In this document: one piece after another, positions 1 to 13,339 of the stretch
How positions within the stretch are numbered: the first letter of the stretch is position 1
Layout of the letters: each line of letters starts with the position of its first letter
From: Chiloscyllium plagiosum
Taxonomy: Eukaryota
DNA length: 64,000 nucleotides
Direction of reading: 5' to 3'
Assembly: GCF_004010195.1 (NCBI RefSeq)
Contig: NC_057756.1
Location: 3,752,785-3,816,784 of the forward strand
Program-made: the position numbers and the translations under genes
Notes under the pieces: model-generated
Database searches by the model: none
The model's input: only the letters and a program-made list of their open reading frames with translations
Told to the model about the DNA's origin: nothing

Positions 1-460
1 TGTAATGGACTTGCTTTGCCGATTCTCAATGTGAGCTATTAATTTCAATATTCCCACACTTCGATCGACTTTGCAGTTATTGCATTTATGCAGAAATTAA
101 GTGTCAGTTTCTCGTCTCATTGATTCTGGTGAATTCAGTGATTGGCATGCCATTGGGTATCAAGGGACCATGGGTATATTGTCTTCAATTTAGAATGATC
201 ATTGCTTGCAATCTGTGCGGCATGGTTGTTATTTACATATGTTACAATTTCCCATGACATGTGATGGCATTACTTGCCACTTTTAAACCCAAGTCTTGAT
301 ATTGTACATAAATTATCGCATTTCAATATGGAATTATTGTGCAATCTGAGGAGTCTTAAATAGTGTTGAACATAATGCGATCATTGGCAAGCATCGCTAC
401 TTCCGAACCTATAATGAAGTCCAGCACATTAATTAAGTAGTTGAAGATAGTTGGACCGAT
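1..460 (-). mobile_element. Decayed CR1-clade LINE RT fragment
   Basis: The minus strand near 340-460 reads GPTIFNYLINVLDFIIGSEVAMLANDRIMFNTI, a decayed version of the LINE RT LGP..F..FINDL...FADD motif region, followed by a KWQV-like motif. Confidence 0.7.
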
Positions 461-2252
461 GAAGTTTATTGTAGTGCACGAGCACAAGCATCCAAATTGG
501 CCAGCTAGCAACGTCTGCACGACAAAAGCTTTCAAAGCACTTAACTACAATTGGAAATGATCATGTACCACGCACGGTTGTTTGCTCCTCTGATCATTAT
601 TGATTGCAATTGGAAATGATCTGGAAATTACTGTAAAGAGTAAAATTGCTGAAAGAAACAAATTCATTGTCTATGAGAAACGGTGTATAAACCAACTTTC
701 TCACGTGTTTAAGGCCATCCATTTTGGCATCTTTCAACACACATTTCATTTTGAGTGTCGATATGGTCTTTAAAATCATAAACATATGGAAGCAATCCTT
801 GGCTGTTTAATTTTTGTAACACTCTCATAACTGCAATTGCATTCTTGGATAGAATAAGCCTTGCGATTCTATACTGTTTGATAACTGACAAATTAGAACG
901 TTCCGTAGCTGTTGGCGAGAGTGTGCATCAGAGAGAAATGTCCTCTGTGCTGTTTGTTGTTCAAATGAGATGCAAATTTTAAAAAAAGAGAGAAAAATAT
1001 AAAAACCTTGCTTGAAAGCAATTTGACAATGCCAGATGTTTGTCACAACTGCAAAAAATTGAAACATGCACAAGCACTGTATAAAGCAAAAATATCTTTT
1101 CCCTGTTTTCCATTCCCACACCTTGGACTTTCCAATTGCTTCCTGTCAGTGTGTACGTATGTCCAACGTGATATTTAGATTAGATTTTTAATAGAACTTC
1201 CAGAGTTTGTGCTTGTTAATATTACCTTGAGTGTGCTGTCACCTGCGTGAGTATGATACAATAATTTTGATAAACAGTTATAAAGAGCGACAGACAAGAT
1301 GGCAGAAAAGCAAGGGTGTAAGAGAGACATAGCCATGGAGAATGTGCAAGAAGGACAGATCTATTTTGAAACTCAGCAAACCATCAAGGTACACATCAAG
1401 AGTGATAGGCAAATTCATGAGGAACGAGCATGTTCCACTACACAAACAGATATATGTGTACTTTTCACAGTACATGCAGCTTCCACTGCTGGAAGGTTTG
1501 ACTCAGACTGTGTATCTGGGTTCCTCAGTTTAAGTGGACAAGAAAAGCCAAGGCTGTATTTTCCTTACACACATCTACAACGTTGACTTATTCCATTATT
1601 TGGAAATTAATGGCTCATTCTCAAACCCTTTGCCAATTGAAATCATTCGATGGAGTAAAATTCAAACCACACAATGAAATCGTTTTTGTTCTTTTATGAA
1701 GCAGGCTGCGTTCTGATCATGGGGATTATAGTTCTACTTTGGTTTAGTTCATTCTTACAGATGAAGAATTTAGCTAAGAAAATATTGTGGTGCATGAAAG
1801 TAAAAAGTGTCACCAGCACAGAGAGATGTGACACGAGAAATACTCACGGGTGCATCTGCATATTTGAAACCCAGTCCCAGAAATCATCGCACCAAACAGA
1901 CATTTTCATTTCTCTCTTATCCTTTTGGTATTGATCTGCCTGCTGAACAACAGTGGGAAAATCATTTATGCATTTGCCATTTTTTTCCGGATCTGCTGCT
2001 TCTTTCTTGGGAGGAGTGCCCAATGATAGTGCCTCATTTCTGTCTATAATCCTCGAAAGTTTTGTAAGGCGCCACAGACATTGGCAAGAATCGCACTACT
2101 TCTCCAGATGTCTCCGAGTTCGACTGGACTACCTTGGCTAGCATGTTTTTCTGGACACAAGCCATTGTTCATTAAAAGTCACGGGTGTAGGATTGTCCTG
2201 CTGCTGTTTAGGGAAATTTTTATACAGTATTCTCGCTTCCCTCGTTATGCTA

Positions 2253-2426
2253 GGAGGAGAAAGTGAGGTCTGCAGATGCTGGAGATCAGAGCTGAAAATG
2301 TGTTGCTGGAAAAGCGCAGCAGGTCAGGCAGCATTCAGGGAACAGGAGAATCGACGTTTCGGGCATAAGCCGTGTTCCCTGGATGCTGCCTGACCTGCTG
2401 CGCTTTTCCAGCAACACATTTTCAGC
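2253..2426. mobile_element. PLE-derived fold-back (palindromic) short element with the central loop deleted
   Basis: Inverted arms gagctgaaaatgtgttgctggaaaagcgcagcaggtcaggcagcat / atgctgcctgacctgctgcgcttttccagcaacacattttcagctc. Direct repeat tccctcgttatgcta at 2238-2252 and 2427-2441. The arm is homologous to the PLE termini at 8530-8650 and 12415-12545. Confidence 0.85.
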
Positions 2427-3570
2427 TCCCTCGTTATGCTACCCTGATGATCACTAAAATGCAATTTACAATGGAAGTTGACCAAAAAATACGCTGAAGG
2501 CATGTTTATTTTTATTCACGGAATAAGCCTTCACAAGTTCTACTTCATCTGCTGACGTTTATCCAAAGGGATCTAATGAGACTTCCCTCTTTCTCAGCAT
2601 TACATGTAAGGTTCAGTCGTATTTTCGTACTTATGCCTTGTTAAAGCCAACAGTTCTGAGCCTCAAAGATTTGAAAATCATTTTCATTTGGCGGTGTGAT
2701 GGCATTTTCCAAAGACATATCCATGTCCATTTCTGGGGTACCTTAGAAAAACGTTACACCAAACTTTAGCTAGCAGGAGTAATTGACATTTAAAAAAAAA
2801 TATTCAGATGTATTGACGTACCACAAGAATTCTATTTCCTCATCACTGATCAAAACGGGGCCGGACCATGTTTTGCCTGCCACTGCCCGAGGGTCTCACT
2901 CAACTGGTAGTTCATCTCGTGGCCGCAAATGGTGTAAAAAACATTCCTATCTGTAGCCTGATATCATCAATTATCTTGCCCTTATGCTCCTTATGTTCTA
3001 GCAGCATTATTGGATTCTGGATTGTTACACGTCCTTTGATTATCCACTGCACCTTACTGACGATACAGTTTAATTTAATCCAAGGAGTGATGAAATTTGC
3101 TGCATTAAAACATGCACAAATTAGGCAAATCGAGAGTATTAACTATGAACTCTGCTGCTCCATAAGATGTTGCCAGTCTTTCACCATATTGCTTTTATGC
3201 GGCCATGCTGACCGAGGTCTAAGATATTTTCAGGCACGTCTCAGATACATTGATGCTAATTTCATCTCAAATAAATCTTCGATGCTATAGAGAAAGTCTG
3301 TACTGCCAAATGACATATGAGGGTCAACTGTGAGTTCAACTATATTGTCTTTATTTGCTACATAGAACAATTGCACCACCATGCAAAGGTTTGTATACAT
3401 CATTGCAGCATCATATTAACAGTTCTCCCAGCAGTCGATCGGTGGGGTCATCGGATAAGGCTGAGAAGCTACGTGTACTAAATAATTGATTTCATCTGCA
3501 AAGGGAGAGGACTTCGCTAATCTTCAGCGCTTTTGGTGTATGTATGTATTGTGCTTCTACTTTCTTTGGG

Positions 3571-3905
3571 AGGGAAACAAAACACCATTTCGACTGGGAA
3601 AATACATCTATCCTGGGACAGGCTAAGCAAAGACATGCCAGAGATTTCCTCGAGGCCTGGCACTACAACCACAACGCCATAAACAAACACATAGATCTAG
3701 ATACCATATATCAACCCCTCAGAAAACGAGCAGGAAATGACGTCACCACAAACCCCAGGAACCCCATCCAGGACAAACATATAAATAGAAAGCAGGAGAC
3801 AACAGCTTCGCTTCACTTGGAGGTCGCCCCTGATGATGTTACCGACCTAGGTAATGAAACGTCTGGATATCAAACCTACAGCTTAACGAGCAAACCGACA
3901 CAGAC
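3571..3905 (+). mobile_element. Penelope-like element 3' fragment (GIY-YIG C-terminus plus 3' UTR)
   Basis: ORF 3544-3963 contains HHFDWENTSILGQAKQRHARDFLEAWHYNHNAINKHIDLDTIYQPL, typical of the end of a PLE GIY-YIG endonuclease. Confidence 0.85.
3825..3867 (+). ncRNA. Minimal type-I hammerhead ribozyme motif (PLE-associated)
   Basis: CTGATGA (3830-3836), t, stem II gttacc/ggtaat, GAAA (3856-3859), then c-gtc, giving a palindromic ACGT stem III and GUC cleavage triplet. Stem I is weak (ccc vs tgg). Confidence 0.65.
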
Positions 3906-5994
3906 ACACACCATCCATCTGTTTCAGTTGCGCCTATTGAAATCTCCTCCTATTCCAACGTAAGACTGGCCCATTTCAACAAATGTGTGTTGGGCAGATC
4001 AGGATGAATATCTTCATAATTCTTCTTTGGTTGCATCACAGTCTTGCAGCACGAAGCTTGTTGTGAGTACTCGCTCAGATAGTGGCTTCCATGTGTTTTT
4101 TTTCTCGCTGGTTGGTATCTTCATGAACGTTCTGTGGCTCATGCCCACTGGAATAATGCTTGAGGTACAACTAATCAAATGAGGTTGCAAACGCATATTT
4201 TACTGTTGTCATGCTATACTCCTCCGCCCTGCCTGGAAGTTAATGTATCAGGACATCTCATGAGACTTTATATAAAAAGTTAATGCTGCATTGCAATTGG
4301 ATACCCCAGAACTTTTTTTGAACTCATTGTGATTTATATACACTGTTTTCTGAAACGAATGTCTCCGTTGCCGTTTGATTTAGTTTACTCATTTGTGTCA
4401 ATCAGATTTCTCCGTTTGTGGGTCGATTGAGAAGATCCAAATTTGGGTCGGTGGATACTTCAAGACAACTACAAATGTTTGGGCAAGGATACCTGAGATT
4501 TGGTGTCTTGCGAGAACATTGCCAGACATATATACAGTAAATCTCTCTAATCATTTTCAGATATGTTTGAGGGTGAAGAATTGGCGAAGCAATTCATGTT
4601 TGATTATGGGGACCTTTTCAAAAAGCTAATATAAATCAACTTACTCGACAATACGAGGTGGAGGATGTTGAGTAAACGTCAAATTTATTTTGTGCACAGA
4701 AAGAGCAAAGGCACCAAATTCTGAAAATTACTTTATTTGGGCACTGTCTACTTCAAGGAGGTTTTTAATTTCTCAAAATTGATCCCTGTCACTGGCAGAC
4801 ATGCAGTTCTTCAAACTGATCCTTTGGCGGCAGTGCCGGAGCTACTAAAGGAAACAATGTTTCATACGTTGAGAAACACGATTAACAGAGTGTACCACGA
4901 TGTTCAACAACTCTGATGTACACAATTTCATCAGGCGTTCTGATAGATTTGGATTTTTACTCAATTTCAAGATGCGGTTTGCATATGCCACCCAGATGAG
5001 GATAATGTCGGCTGACCTTCAGTGAAGAATAATAACAAAGAATAATGCTTAACGTGTTGCTTTCTTTGCTCCACTCGGAATGTTATTGGAAATAACGTTA
5101 AACAGAATGATTGGTCAAAAAAAGGATGGATAGACAGAGAGAGAGAAAGACTGATAGATATGTAGACAGACAGATAGCTACGCTTAAAATGATCAGATCA
5201 AGTTCGTTTCCTCTGTCCTTTAATAACAAACTAATCATATGTACAGGAATAGACTATTAAATGATGGCATAACTGGAGGCATTGACATTTTAAAAACACG
5301 ATAATTTAACAATGCATATAGGTTCCAATCTAGCCAACATTTTTATAGAACAACTGAATTGAGTACTGCAGTGTAACATTCATTGCGCTAACTGTTTGGA
5401 ACAGAGATCAAATAAAATTATTCAATTGTACATACTAATTGTGGACTGAATTAGGCAATTCAGATCTATGTGCCCGTTTATTGGCATAACTGTTCAATTC
5501 CTCGTAATGTTGATCAGTCTTGAAAAAAAAAGGCTTGATCTAACAACTTAAATTAGGATTCTCATCAGTATATATGCTTTCACGTCGGAAAATTCACCCT
5601 AATCCGGAAATGATTTTTAAGATATAAATAAATAAATCACGTTGTACTGCAAATTGCAAACCTTACAATTTATTACATACATATAGGAAGCATCTGTGCA
5701 ACTGATTTTATTATCAGCGAAGAATACTACTTTGGAAGTGGATTTCGAGTTTCGAAAGTGCAATCTTAAAAAAAATATAAATTGGCGTTTGGCAAAATTA
5801 TAGAGATGAGGTGAATCATTTGAATTTTAAAGGAAACGACAGTGATAATGTGATAGTGATTATGTTTGAGTGTTTTAGAGGAAAACTGTTGCGAATGAGC
5901 AGTAGGAACGCTTTAATTACTTGCTGTCAGAGCACCAATAACATCAGTTTCAATTTACTATTAAAAATATTTGACATGATAATAATGAATTATA

Positions 5995-8525
5995 TTATGG
6001 GGTGAAGAGATGGAAGGAGATCTCTGAAGGTAGTCTGTTCTTCTTGCTTGAAGTGGGGAGCAGGGAACATTTCCAGTGCCTGTGATCTGCATATGGACAA
6101 AAGCATTCGACAACTGCAGCACTTGAAAATCAATTTCGGAGTTGGAGTGGCCGTCTGGGAACACCTTAGAAGACTTACAAAGCAGAGAGAATCATGGATA
6201 GCATAAAGAGGTGGTCATAATGTGCACGTAGATGCACAGACTGGAAAGGAATGGCTGACCACCAGGCAGAGCAGGCAGATCAGAAATCTCCTGTGGCAAC
6301 TCCCTAGCAAATTGATGTAATGGTTTTGATACTGTTAATTGGAAGTAGCTCTCAGGGATAACAGCAGCAGACTGGAACCATGTTTGTCAATGCTGGAGAT
6401 GGAGAAATGCGCATAAAACTGCTCTAGTTATCGGAGGGATTAAATCATAAAGAGAATAGCAAGGTGTTTCTGTGGTTGAAAACGTGAGTACAGAATGATG
6501 TGTTCCCTTCCTGATGCTGTGGCTCTAAAAGTCTCAGAGCAGTTGCAGGGCAGTCTGGATGGGGAAGGTGAACAGCTATTAGTCCTGGTACACGTGGTAG
6601 GAACGACGGAGGCAACGAAATTAATTACATCCTACAAGCAGAATATGATCAACTATATCTAAGAAATTTGCACTGTAGTGCCATAAATGTAGTCAGCTCA
6701 GTATTCCCAACAGTGGAACGAGCTAGTCAGAGTAGAAACAGTCGAACGTATATGATGAATACGTGGCTGAAATGTTTTTTTTCGGACAGAAGGGGTTTCA
6801 GATTGTTAGGACATTGGGCCTGGTCTTTGGCAGAGTGGCATCTGTAACAACTGAGCGTTACAAAAAGACAGGACGGTGACTGATATCTAGCAGTGGATGG
6901 AAGAGGGGACTTTCTGGAATGCTTCTAGAGGGAGTAAATTTATGTGGCTGGTGTTTGGGAATTAATGTGTGAGGGTGGTACATGCAGAAAATGAGGCGGA
7001 TATGGAAACCAAGGCCGCATGAATAACAACGAGAACAGGCAGGGAAACTCTGCTGAAAAGGATAGGAGCTGTGAACTGAAATGCATGTACTTCAATATGA
7101 GAAGTATTACAGCAAGGAAGATGAACTTAAAGCTTTTGCTCGTACTTGGAACTATGATTATTTAGATAATGGAGATTTTGTTTCAAAGTGGGAAAGGACT
7201 GACAGGTGAATGTAAACTGATTTAAAACTTTGTGATATGATAGAAAGGAATGGAAAAGAGGTGGGGAGTTGCATTTATCGTAAATGAATATATCACCACT
7301 GCAGTCATGGCGAATACAACACAGGACTCATGTAGAGTGGCAGTGTACGTAGAACTCAGGGAAAGCAAATGCATTAATATGGTGCTGGGCTTAAGGTCAA
7401 GATTAAGGTGAGGGTTAGTGTTAGGCCTCCGAAGTACAGGTATCCAAACAGCCAGCAGTGGATAGAGGACTCACTATATAAAGAGATTTCGGAAACAGAG
7501 AAACCCGCAAGTTGTATTCGAGTGAGCGATTTTTGCTTTCCCTATATTGACTGGGACGCAAATCATGATTGGTGTTTGGGTGTGGCAGAATTTGTAAGGA
7601 TCGTTCAGGACGATGCACAAAATGTAAACAACACAAATACGCAACGGGTTGTATTGTATCTGATACTGGGACATGATCCCAGCCAGTTGAGAGAATTTTC
7701 CGTGGAGGGTTTGGAGTTATTGGCGTATATCTGAACGAGTGAACATAATAGAGTTATTTCTAAGAGAGTCATGAATCAGGGTAATAGCAGTCCTGGGTGA
7801 AGGTGCTAAACTGGGGGAAGTCTAACTGCAACGTTCTTTAGCAGGACCTGAAATATATTGATTGGATGCGGCTGTTTGAATGTATATCCATATCGGTCAT
7901 TTGGGAACACTTTAAATATCAACTGATAAGAGTCCAGTCGCAGCACGTCCTCGGAGAAAGAAGAATAGTTGCAGCAAGAAGAATAGGATGACTAGGGTAC
8001 GTAAAATTGAAAAGAATAAGGAAGCATACTAAGATCGAATGACGAAACCATTTTAGTAAACAGGAGAACCTAAACTATCCAAATGAGACAAGAAGGGAGT
8101 ATTTTGTTCACATAACTGACCATTCAGATAATCGGAAACAAGCAGTAATTTATGAGTGCCACCTATTGAATATTTCTCAGTCTTCCAGGAATGCATGCCA
8201 TAATGCCACTTAAAGGATAACTGAATGCTTAGTTGCCTAATGCAATTTGTAATTGACCTTTAGATTGTGATTGGGAAATCCAAAATTCAGATAATTGATA
8301 TTCAGATTATCGAGTTTCTACTCAATGAAAGTAGGAAGGAACGGAAACAAGGAATTAGATCTGAAATAAGCAATTAGAAGGATTAAAAGTGGTCATGAAA
8401 CGTCAGTAGCAAGCAGGATTAAATAGAATCCCAAAGAATTTCACACAGGTACTAGAAGAAAGAGGATATCCAGAGAAAGTGTTGGCCCTCTCAATGACAA
8501 AGGACAGTATGGATGTATGGAGCCA
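5995..8525 (+). mobile_element. CR1 LINE 5' part (ORF1 Zn-finger/SGNH esterase remnant, ORF2 APE endonuclease), decayed
   Basis: VCSSC-like ORF1 start, an esterase-like region near 6420-6900, LKCMYFNMRSI near 7075, FCFPYIDW in ORF 7408-7734 and a KSGHE motif near 8390. The element resumes at about 13340. Confidence 0.85.
8061..8323. mobile_element. Tigger/pogo-like MITE inserted in the CR1
   Basis: Degenerate TIRs caggagaacctaaactatccaaa / ttcagattatcgagtttctactc resemble CAGTAGAACCTCGATTATCCGAA. The CR1 sequence is continuous across it. Confidence 0.6.
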
Positions 8526-11500
8526 GGCGAAAGTAAGGACTGCAGATGCTGGAAGTTAGAGTGGAGACTGTGGAGCCGAAAAAGCACAGCAGTCAGACAG
8601 ACTTCGTGGAGCATGAAAATCCACGTTTCCAGCAAAAGCCTGTGATCCGGAATGAAGATGGGAGCCTCAGTGTTGGAGAGATAAATGGGAGTGGGGAGGA
8701 GTGGTGGAAGATAGCTGAGAGTGAAAAAGCTGGGTGGAGGTGGGGTTAATGGTGCTAAGTCAGAGGGGAGGTTGGAGTGGATAAGTGGGAAGGAAGATGG
8801 ACAGGTAGGACAGGTCATGAGGATAGTGCTGAGCTGGAAGGTTGGAACTGAGGTAAAGTTGGGATGGGCAATAAGAAAACACTTGTAATCCAAATTGATG
8901 TCGTGGGGTAGGGGTATCGAGGATGAAGATGAGGCTTTCTTCCTCCAGCCGATGGGTGTTAAAGGACTGACGATGGAGGAGGCCCAGGACCTGCACGTTA
9001 TTGTCGGATTGGCAGAAGTAGTTGAACTCTTTCGCCACAGGGCGGTGAGTTACTTGGTGCATTTGTACAAGAGATGTTCTCTGCAGCTCCCTGCAAGTAG
9101 ACGTCCTGTCTCCCCAATATAGAAGATCCTGCATCCAGAGAAACAGATGCAATAAAAGACATGTGTGGAAATGCAGGTGAAACTTTTATGGATATCTAAG
9201 GCTCATTTGTGGCCTTGGACAGAGATGAGAGAGGATGTGTGATTGAAGGTTTTGCAATTCTTGCAGAGGCAGGGGAAGGTGCCTGCAGGGGAGGGTGGGA
9301 TGCTGCACTTCCGTGGAACTGACAAGGTCGTCATGGTGGAAACAGTCTTTCTGGAAAGTGGATAGGGTTTTGGGGGGAAATATATCTCTGGTGGTGGGGA
9401 CCATTTGTAAGTGGAGAAAATGGCAGGGTTTAATGGGGTAGAATGTGTGGACCAGGGTGGATCTGTCCTTGTTGTGAGGGCAGATGTGCGGTGAGTGGAT
9501 TACATGCACTGGAGGGCATCATCGACTACTTGAGAGGGGAAATATTGATTTTAAAGTAGTTGGTCACTGCTGTATTCTGTGGTGGAACTGGCCCTCCTGG
9601 GAGCCGGTATCGCGGAGGCGAGGGAGTCGGGAATAAGTCTGAGTCGGACCAGGTGTAATCCAGTTAGATGTGGGAGTCGGTGGGTTTGTAGAAAATGTCA
9701 GTGCTGAATCGAACAGCATTGATGAAGGTCGAGAGGCTTGAGAGGGTTGGAGATGTATGAGATGGTTCAGTGAATTTGAGGTTCCGGTGGAATGTGCTGG
9801 TGAAGTTGATGAACTGTTCAATCACCGTTGGGATCATGAGGTGACGCCGAAGCAGCCATCAACGTAGCAGAGCAAATAGTGGGGAGTGGGGGTCGTGTAA
9901 CTTCAGGAAATAGACTGTTCGTCATAGATAGATTTTAGATTAGATTACTTACAGTGTGGAAACAGGCCCTTCGGCCCAAGAAGTCCACACCGACCCGCCG
10001 AAGCGCAACCCACCCATATCCCAACATTTACCCCCTTACCTAACACAACGGGGAATTTAGCATGGCCAATTCACCTGACCTGCACAGCTTTGGACTGTGG
10101 GAGGAAACCGGAGCACCCGGAGGAAACCCACGCAGACACGGGGAGAATTTGCAAACTCTACACAGTCAGTCGCCTGGGGCGGGAATTGAACCCGGGTCTC
10201 TGGCGCTGTGAGGCAGCAGTGCTAACCACTGTGCCACTGTGGCGCCCAACAAAGATGACAAAGAGCCGGGCATAGCTGGGGTCCAAGCGGGTGCCCATGG
10301 CGAAATAGAGTGTTCATAGAATGGGCACGTCGAGAGAGCAAGAAACGAACGGCTTGGAGGCCCTGGCCATTGTGGATGAAGTTATAAATGAACTGAATGT
10401 CCATGTTGAAGAAGAGACATTGGGGGCCAGGGAAACGAAAGCCCTGGAGGAGGTGAAGTGCGTTGGTGGTGTACGGAAGTTGGTCCTGAGGGTATAAGGC
10501 AGCATCGAGGAATGTGGAGATGAATTCGGTGAGTCAGAAGGACGCTGGGAGGTTGGGTCGCTGGCATAATCAGCCTTGTAGTTCCTGGGTACGAGGTAGT
10601 ACTGGATAGTGCGGGCGTTCCGAACTATGACGTTGGAAGCTGGGGTGGGAGATCCACTGAGGTGATTAGGTTTTGTACAGTGTGGGAGATGATGGTTTTG
10701 TGCTGGGAGGTGAGTTCATGGTCAAGGAGGCTGTAAGAGGAGGTGTCTTCAAGTTGGCGCCTGGCTTCAGCGTTGTGGAGTTCATTGTGCCAAACTACCA
10801 CTGCCTCCTCCTTATCCATTGCTTTGAAGATGGTGTTGGTTTTTGAGCTGAGGGATTGGAGGGCGGCACATTTTGAGGATGAGATTGGAGTGTGTGAGGA
10901 TTGGACATTTTGAGGCATTCAATGTCCCGTTAGCAGTTGTAAATAAAGAGGTCGAGGGCGGGAACGGAGTGCCGAGGACGGTGGGGTTATTGGGAATGGG
11001 CAAAGGGGACCTCGGAAGGCGGCTGGGAGTTTAGTTGGTAAAAAGTAATCCCGGAGGCAGATGTGGTGGAAGAAGTGTTCGATGTCACAAAACATGTTGA
11101 ATTAACTGATCTAGGAGCAGAGGGAAATGAAGGTAAGGTCTTTGCTGAGTACCTTACGTTCGTCCTTTTTGAGGGGGTGGTCGGGGGATGGTGAATATTT
11201 GGCAGGGCTGGCAGCTAGGACCTGGAGTAGGGCTGGAGCTGAGAGTGTGGGTGAAAAATATAACTGGAGAGGGCAAGCTGGTGGAAGGTTTATGTGGACG
11301 TCATCTACGTCGGGTGGCAGAGGTGGCGACTGTGGAATCCGGGGTGTGGTTTTCGGCAGTGTTCATTTGTATGGCATCAGTGCGGATGGAAGTGGTTGCA
11401 AAGACGGCAGCTATGGTGGCAGAAACGGCGGAACACAAAGCATAGGTGATTTCGTTGGGGGCAGAAGAGGCCACAGTGGCAGTAACAATGGGTGTGAAAG

Positions 11501-12410
11501 TGATGCTGTTGGGGGTAGAAGTGGATGCAGCAGCGGCCATGACGGGTCGGAAGTCACAGAACACACGGCAGTGGTGATTCCAGAAGGGGCAGAAGTGGCT
11601 ATGGTTGCGGCAACAGAGGGGGCGGAAGCATTGTTTTGTTGGGCCTTGCATTTTTCTCAGTGACATTGGATCTCAGAACAATCATGGTGGCTGTTGTCTG
11701 GCCGTTAGTTGTGGAGGCAGCATAATCAGCTATGGCTGTGGGTTGTTGAGTGGCTGGAACAGAAGTGTCGTCATCGTTCACTGCAGTGCTGATGACTGAC
11801 AGAGGCTGGTGGCTATTGGCAGCTGAACAGTTCTAGAGGCAGTGGGACGCCGCTGCAATGGTTGAGGCATGCCGATTATTCAAGTGGGTATATGAACGTT
11901 TGTTGTCCTTACAGTTTTTGATGTACAATATGGTGTAGAACAAGCATTTGTTAAGTGCGTGAATTCTTCTGAGGATGTCATACAGCAGTGGTCCTTTTGA
12001 ATTCTGAGAGAATGCGGCCTTCAGTAGATGCATGGCTGACTGTTTAGAGATTAGGTGGCGGTGCATGGCTTGAGTGTAGGGAGGAGCATCTGGAAGGAGG
12101 ACAGTTTCTGGACGTTTTGGAATTGTATTCTGCACTGGTTGTCCTATTCGATCCAAATTGTGTTGTGGGTTTGAATGGAATCCGAAGGCAATGTGGGATC
12201 ATTTGTTTTCTTAGGCAGGCACTGAGGAAGGAGATGTCGCCGTGATAACAAGTTTGTTTCGGCAAGTGGCTAAATCAATTCCGGGCAGAGTAGACAGCCT
12301 GTAGCTTGCAGTAAGAGAGAGACTCACCGAGATCTTTGGGAGAGAGGAGGAGATCTTCTACAAGGTAGGCATTCTTGGAAAAAGGATTCGCAGTAAGGAT
12401 AAAATCAACT
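8526..12410 (-). mobile_element. Near full-length decayed Penelope-like element (RT + GIY-YIG)
   Basis: GIY-YIG region VQVLGLLHRQSFNTHRLEEESLIF (8760-9152), RT motifs AMGTRLDPSYARLFVG near 10250-10300 and KAMDKEEAVVVW near 10800 (KADKGGAVVVW-like). The terminal arm at 8530-8650 has a decayed hammerhead. Confidence 0.85.
9925..10247 (-). mobile_element. HE1-type tRNA-derived SINE, full length
   Basis: Minus-strand head with A box TGGCACAGTGG (10226-10236) and B box GGGTTCAATTCC (10182-10193), a CR1-like 3' end and an (AATCT)n tail. Inserted in the PLE RT. Confidence 0.9.
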
Positions 12411-13335
12411 AGATGGAAGCTAAGACTGCAGATGTTAGAGTCTAGAGTGGAGAGTATGGTGTTGGAAAAACACAGCAGGTCAGGCAGCCTCAGAGGAGCA
12501 GGAAAATCAAAATTTCAGGCAAAAGCAATTCATCAGGAATGAATCTGGGAGCCTCCGGGGTGGAGAGATAAATGGAGAGTGGGGTGGACCTGGGGGGAAT
12601 GTAGCTGAGATTGTAATACATGGGCTGAGGTGTGGTAATGATGAAATATCAGAAGGGGTGGGTGGGAATGATGAAACTGCTGAAATCCACACTGATGCCG
12701 TGGAGCTGGACGGAGCTGAGGTGGAAGATGAGGCATTCTTCATCCAGGCGACAGATGGAAATGGAATGTCAATGGCGGAGGCCCAGGTCCTGCATGTCCT
12801 CAGCCGAGTAGCAGGGCTATGGGGCACGGATATGTTCTCTGAAGCACTCCTGTCTCACACGTAGATGAGACTGCATCGGGAGCAACAGACACAGCAAATG
12901 GCATGTGTGGAAGTAAAGGTGAAATATTAATGGATTTGGAATGCACCTTTGGGACGTTGGATGGACGTGAGAGGGAAGGTGTGGGTGCAGAAATATATCT
13001 CTGGTGTTGGGGTCCATTTTTATATGGCGGAAATGGCGGTGGATGGTGTGATTTATACAGAGGTTGGTGTAGTAGAAAGTGACGACTGGGGTGAGGGGGT
13101 CTGTCATTTTTCCGGTTGGAGAGGTGGAATTCGAGGACAGAAGTGCGGAAAATAGATGAGATGCACTGACGGGCATCATCAGCTACATGGGAAGTGAATT
13201 TGCTGTCTTTAAATAAGGAGACCACGTGGTGTGTTCTGTGGTGAAACTGATCCTACTGGGAGCAGATGCGGCGGAGGCGGTGGACTTGGGAATAAATGAT
13301 CACATTTTCTTGGGGAGGGATGTCGGGAGAGGAGG
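12411..13335 (-). mobile_element. Second, partial PLE copy in tandem (pLTR-like 3' end with GIY-YIG)
   Basis: Paralogous to 8526-9620: same terminal arm, EECLIF-type GIY-YIG end (aggcattcttcatccagg) and RHFRHIKMDPNTRDIF. Confidence 0.8.
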
Positions 13336-13339
13336 AAAC

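Noticed and set aside
1705..1800. Hydrophobic stretch GCVLIMGIIVLLWFSSFLQMKNLAKK after an acceptor, as the TM exon of the heptad gene
   Set aside because: No good phase-1 donor was found and hydrophobic runs are common in T-rich DNA. It is not excluded, but it is unsupported.
10175..10247. tRNA gene
   Set aside because: The A/B boxes belong to the tRNA-derived head of an HE1 SINE.
11127..11666. 178-aa Gly-rich ORF and the opposing ORFs
   Set aside because: Antisense or shifted reading of the low-complexity region inside the PLE.
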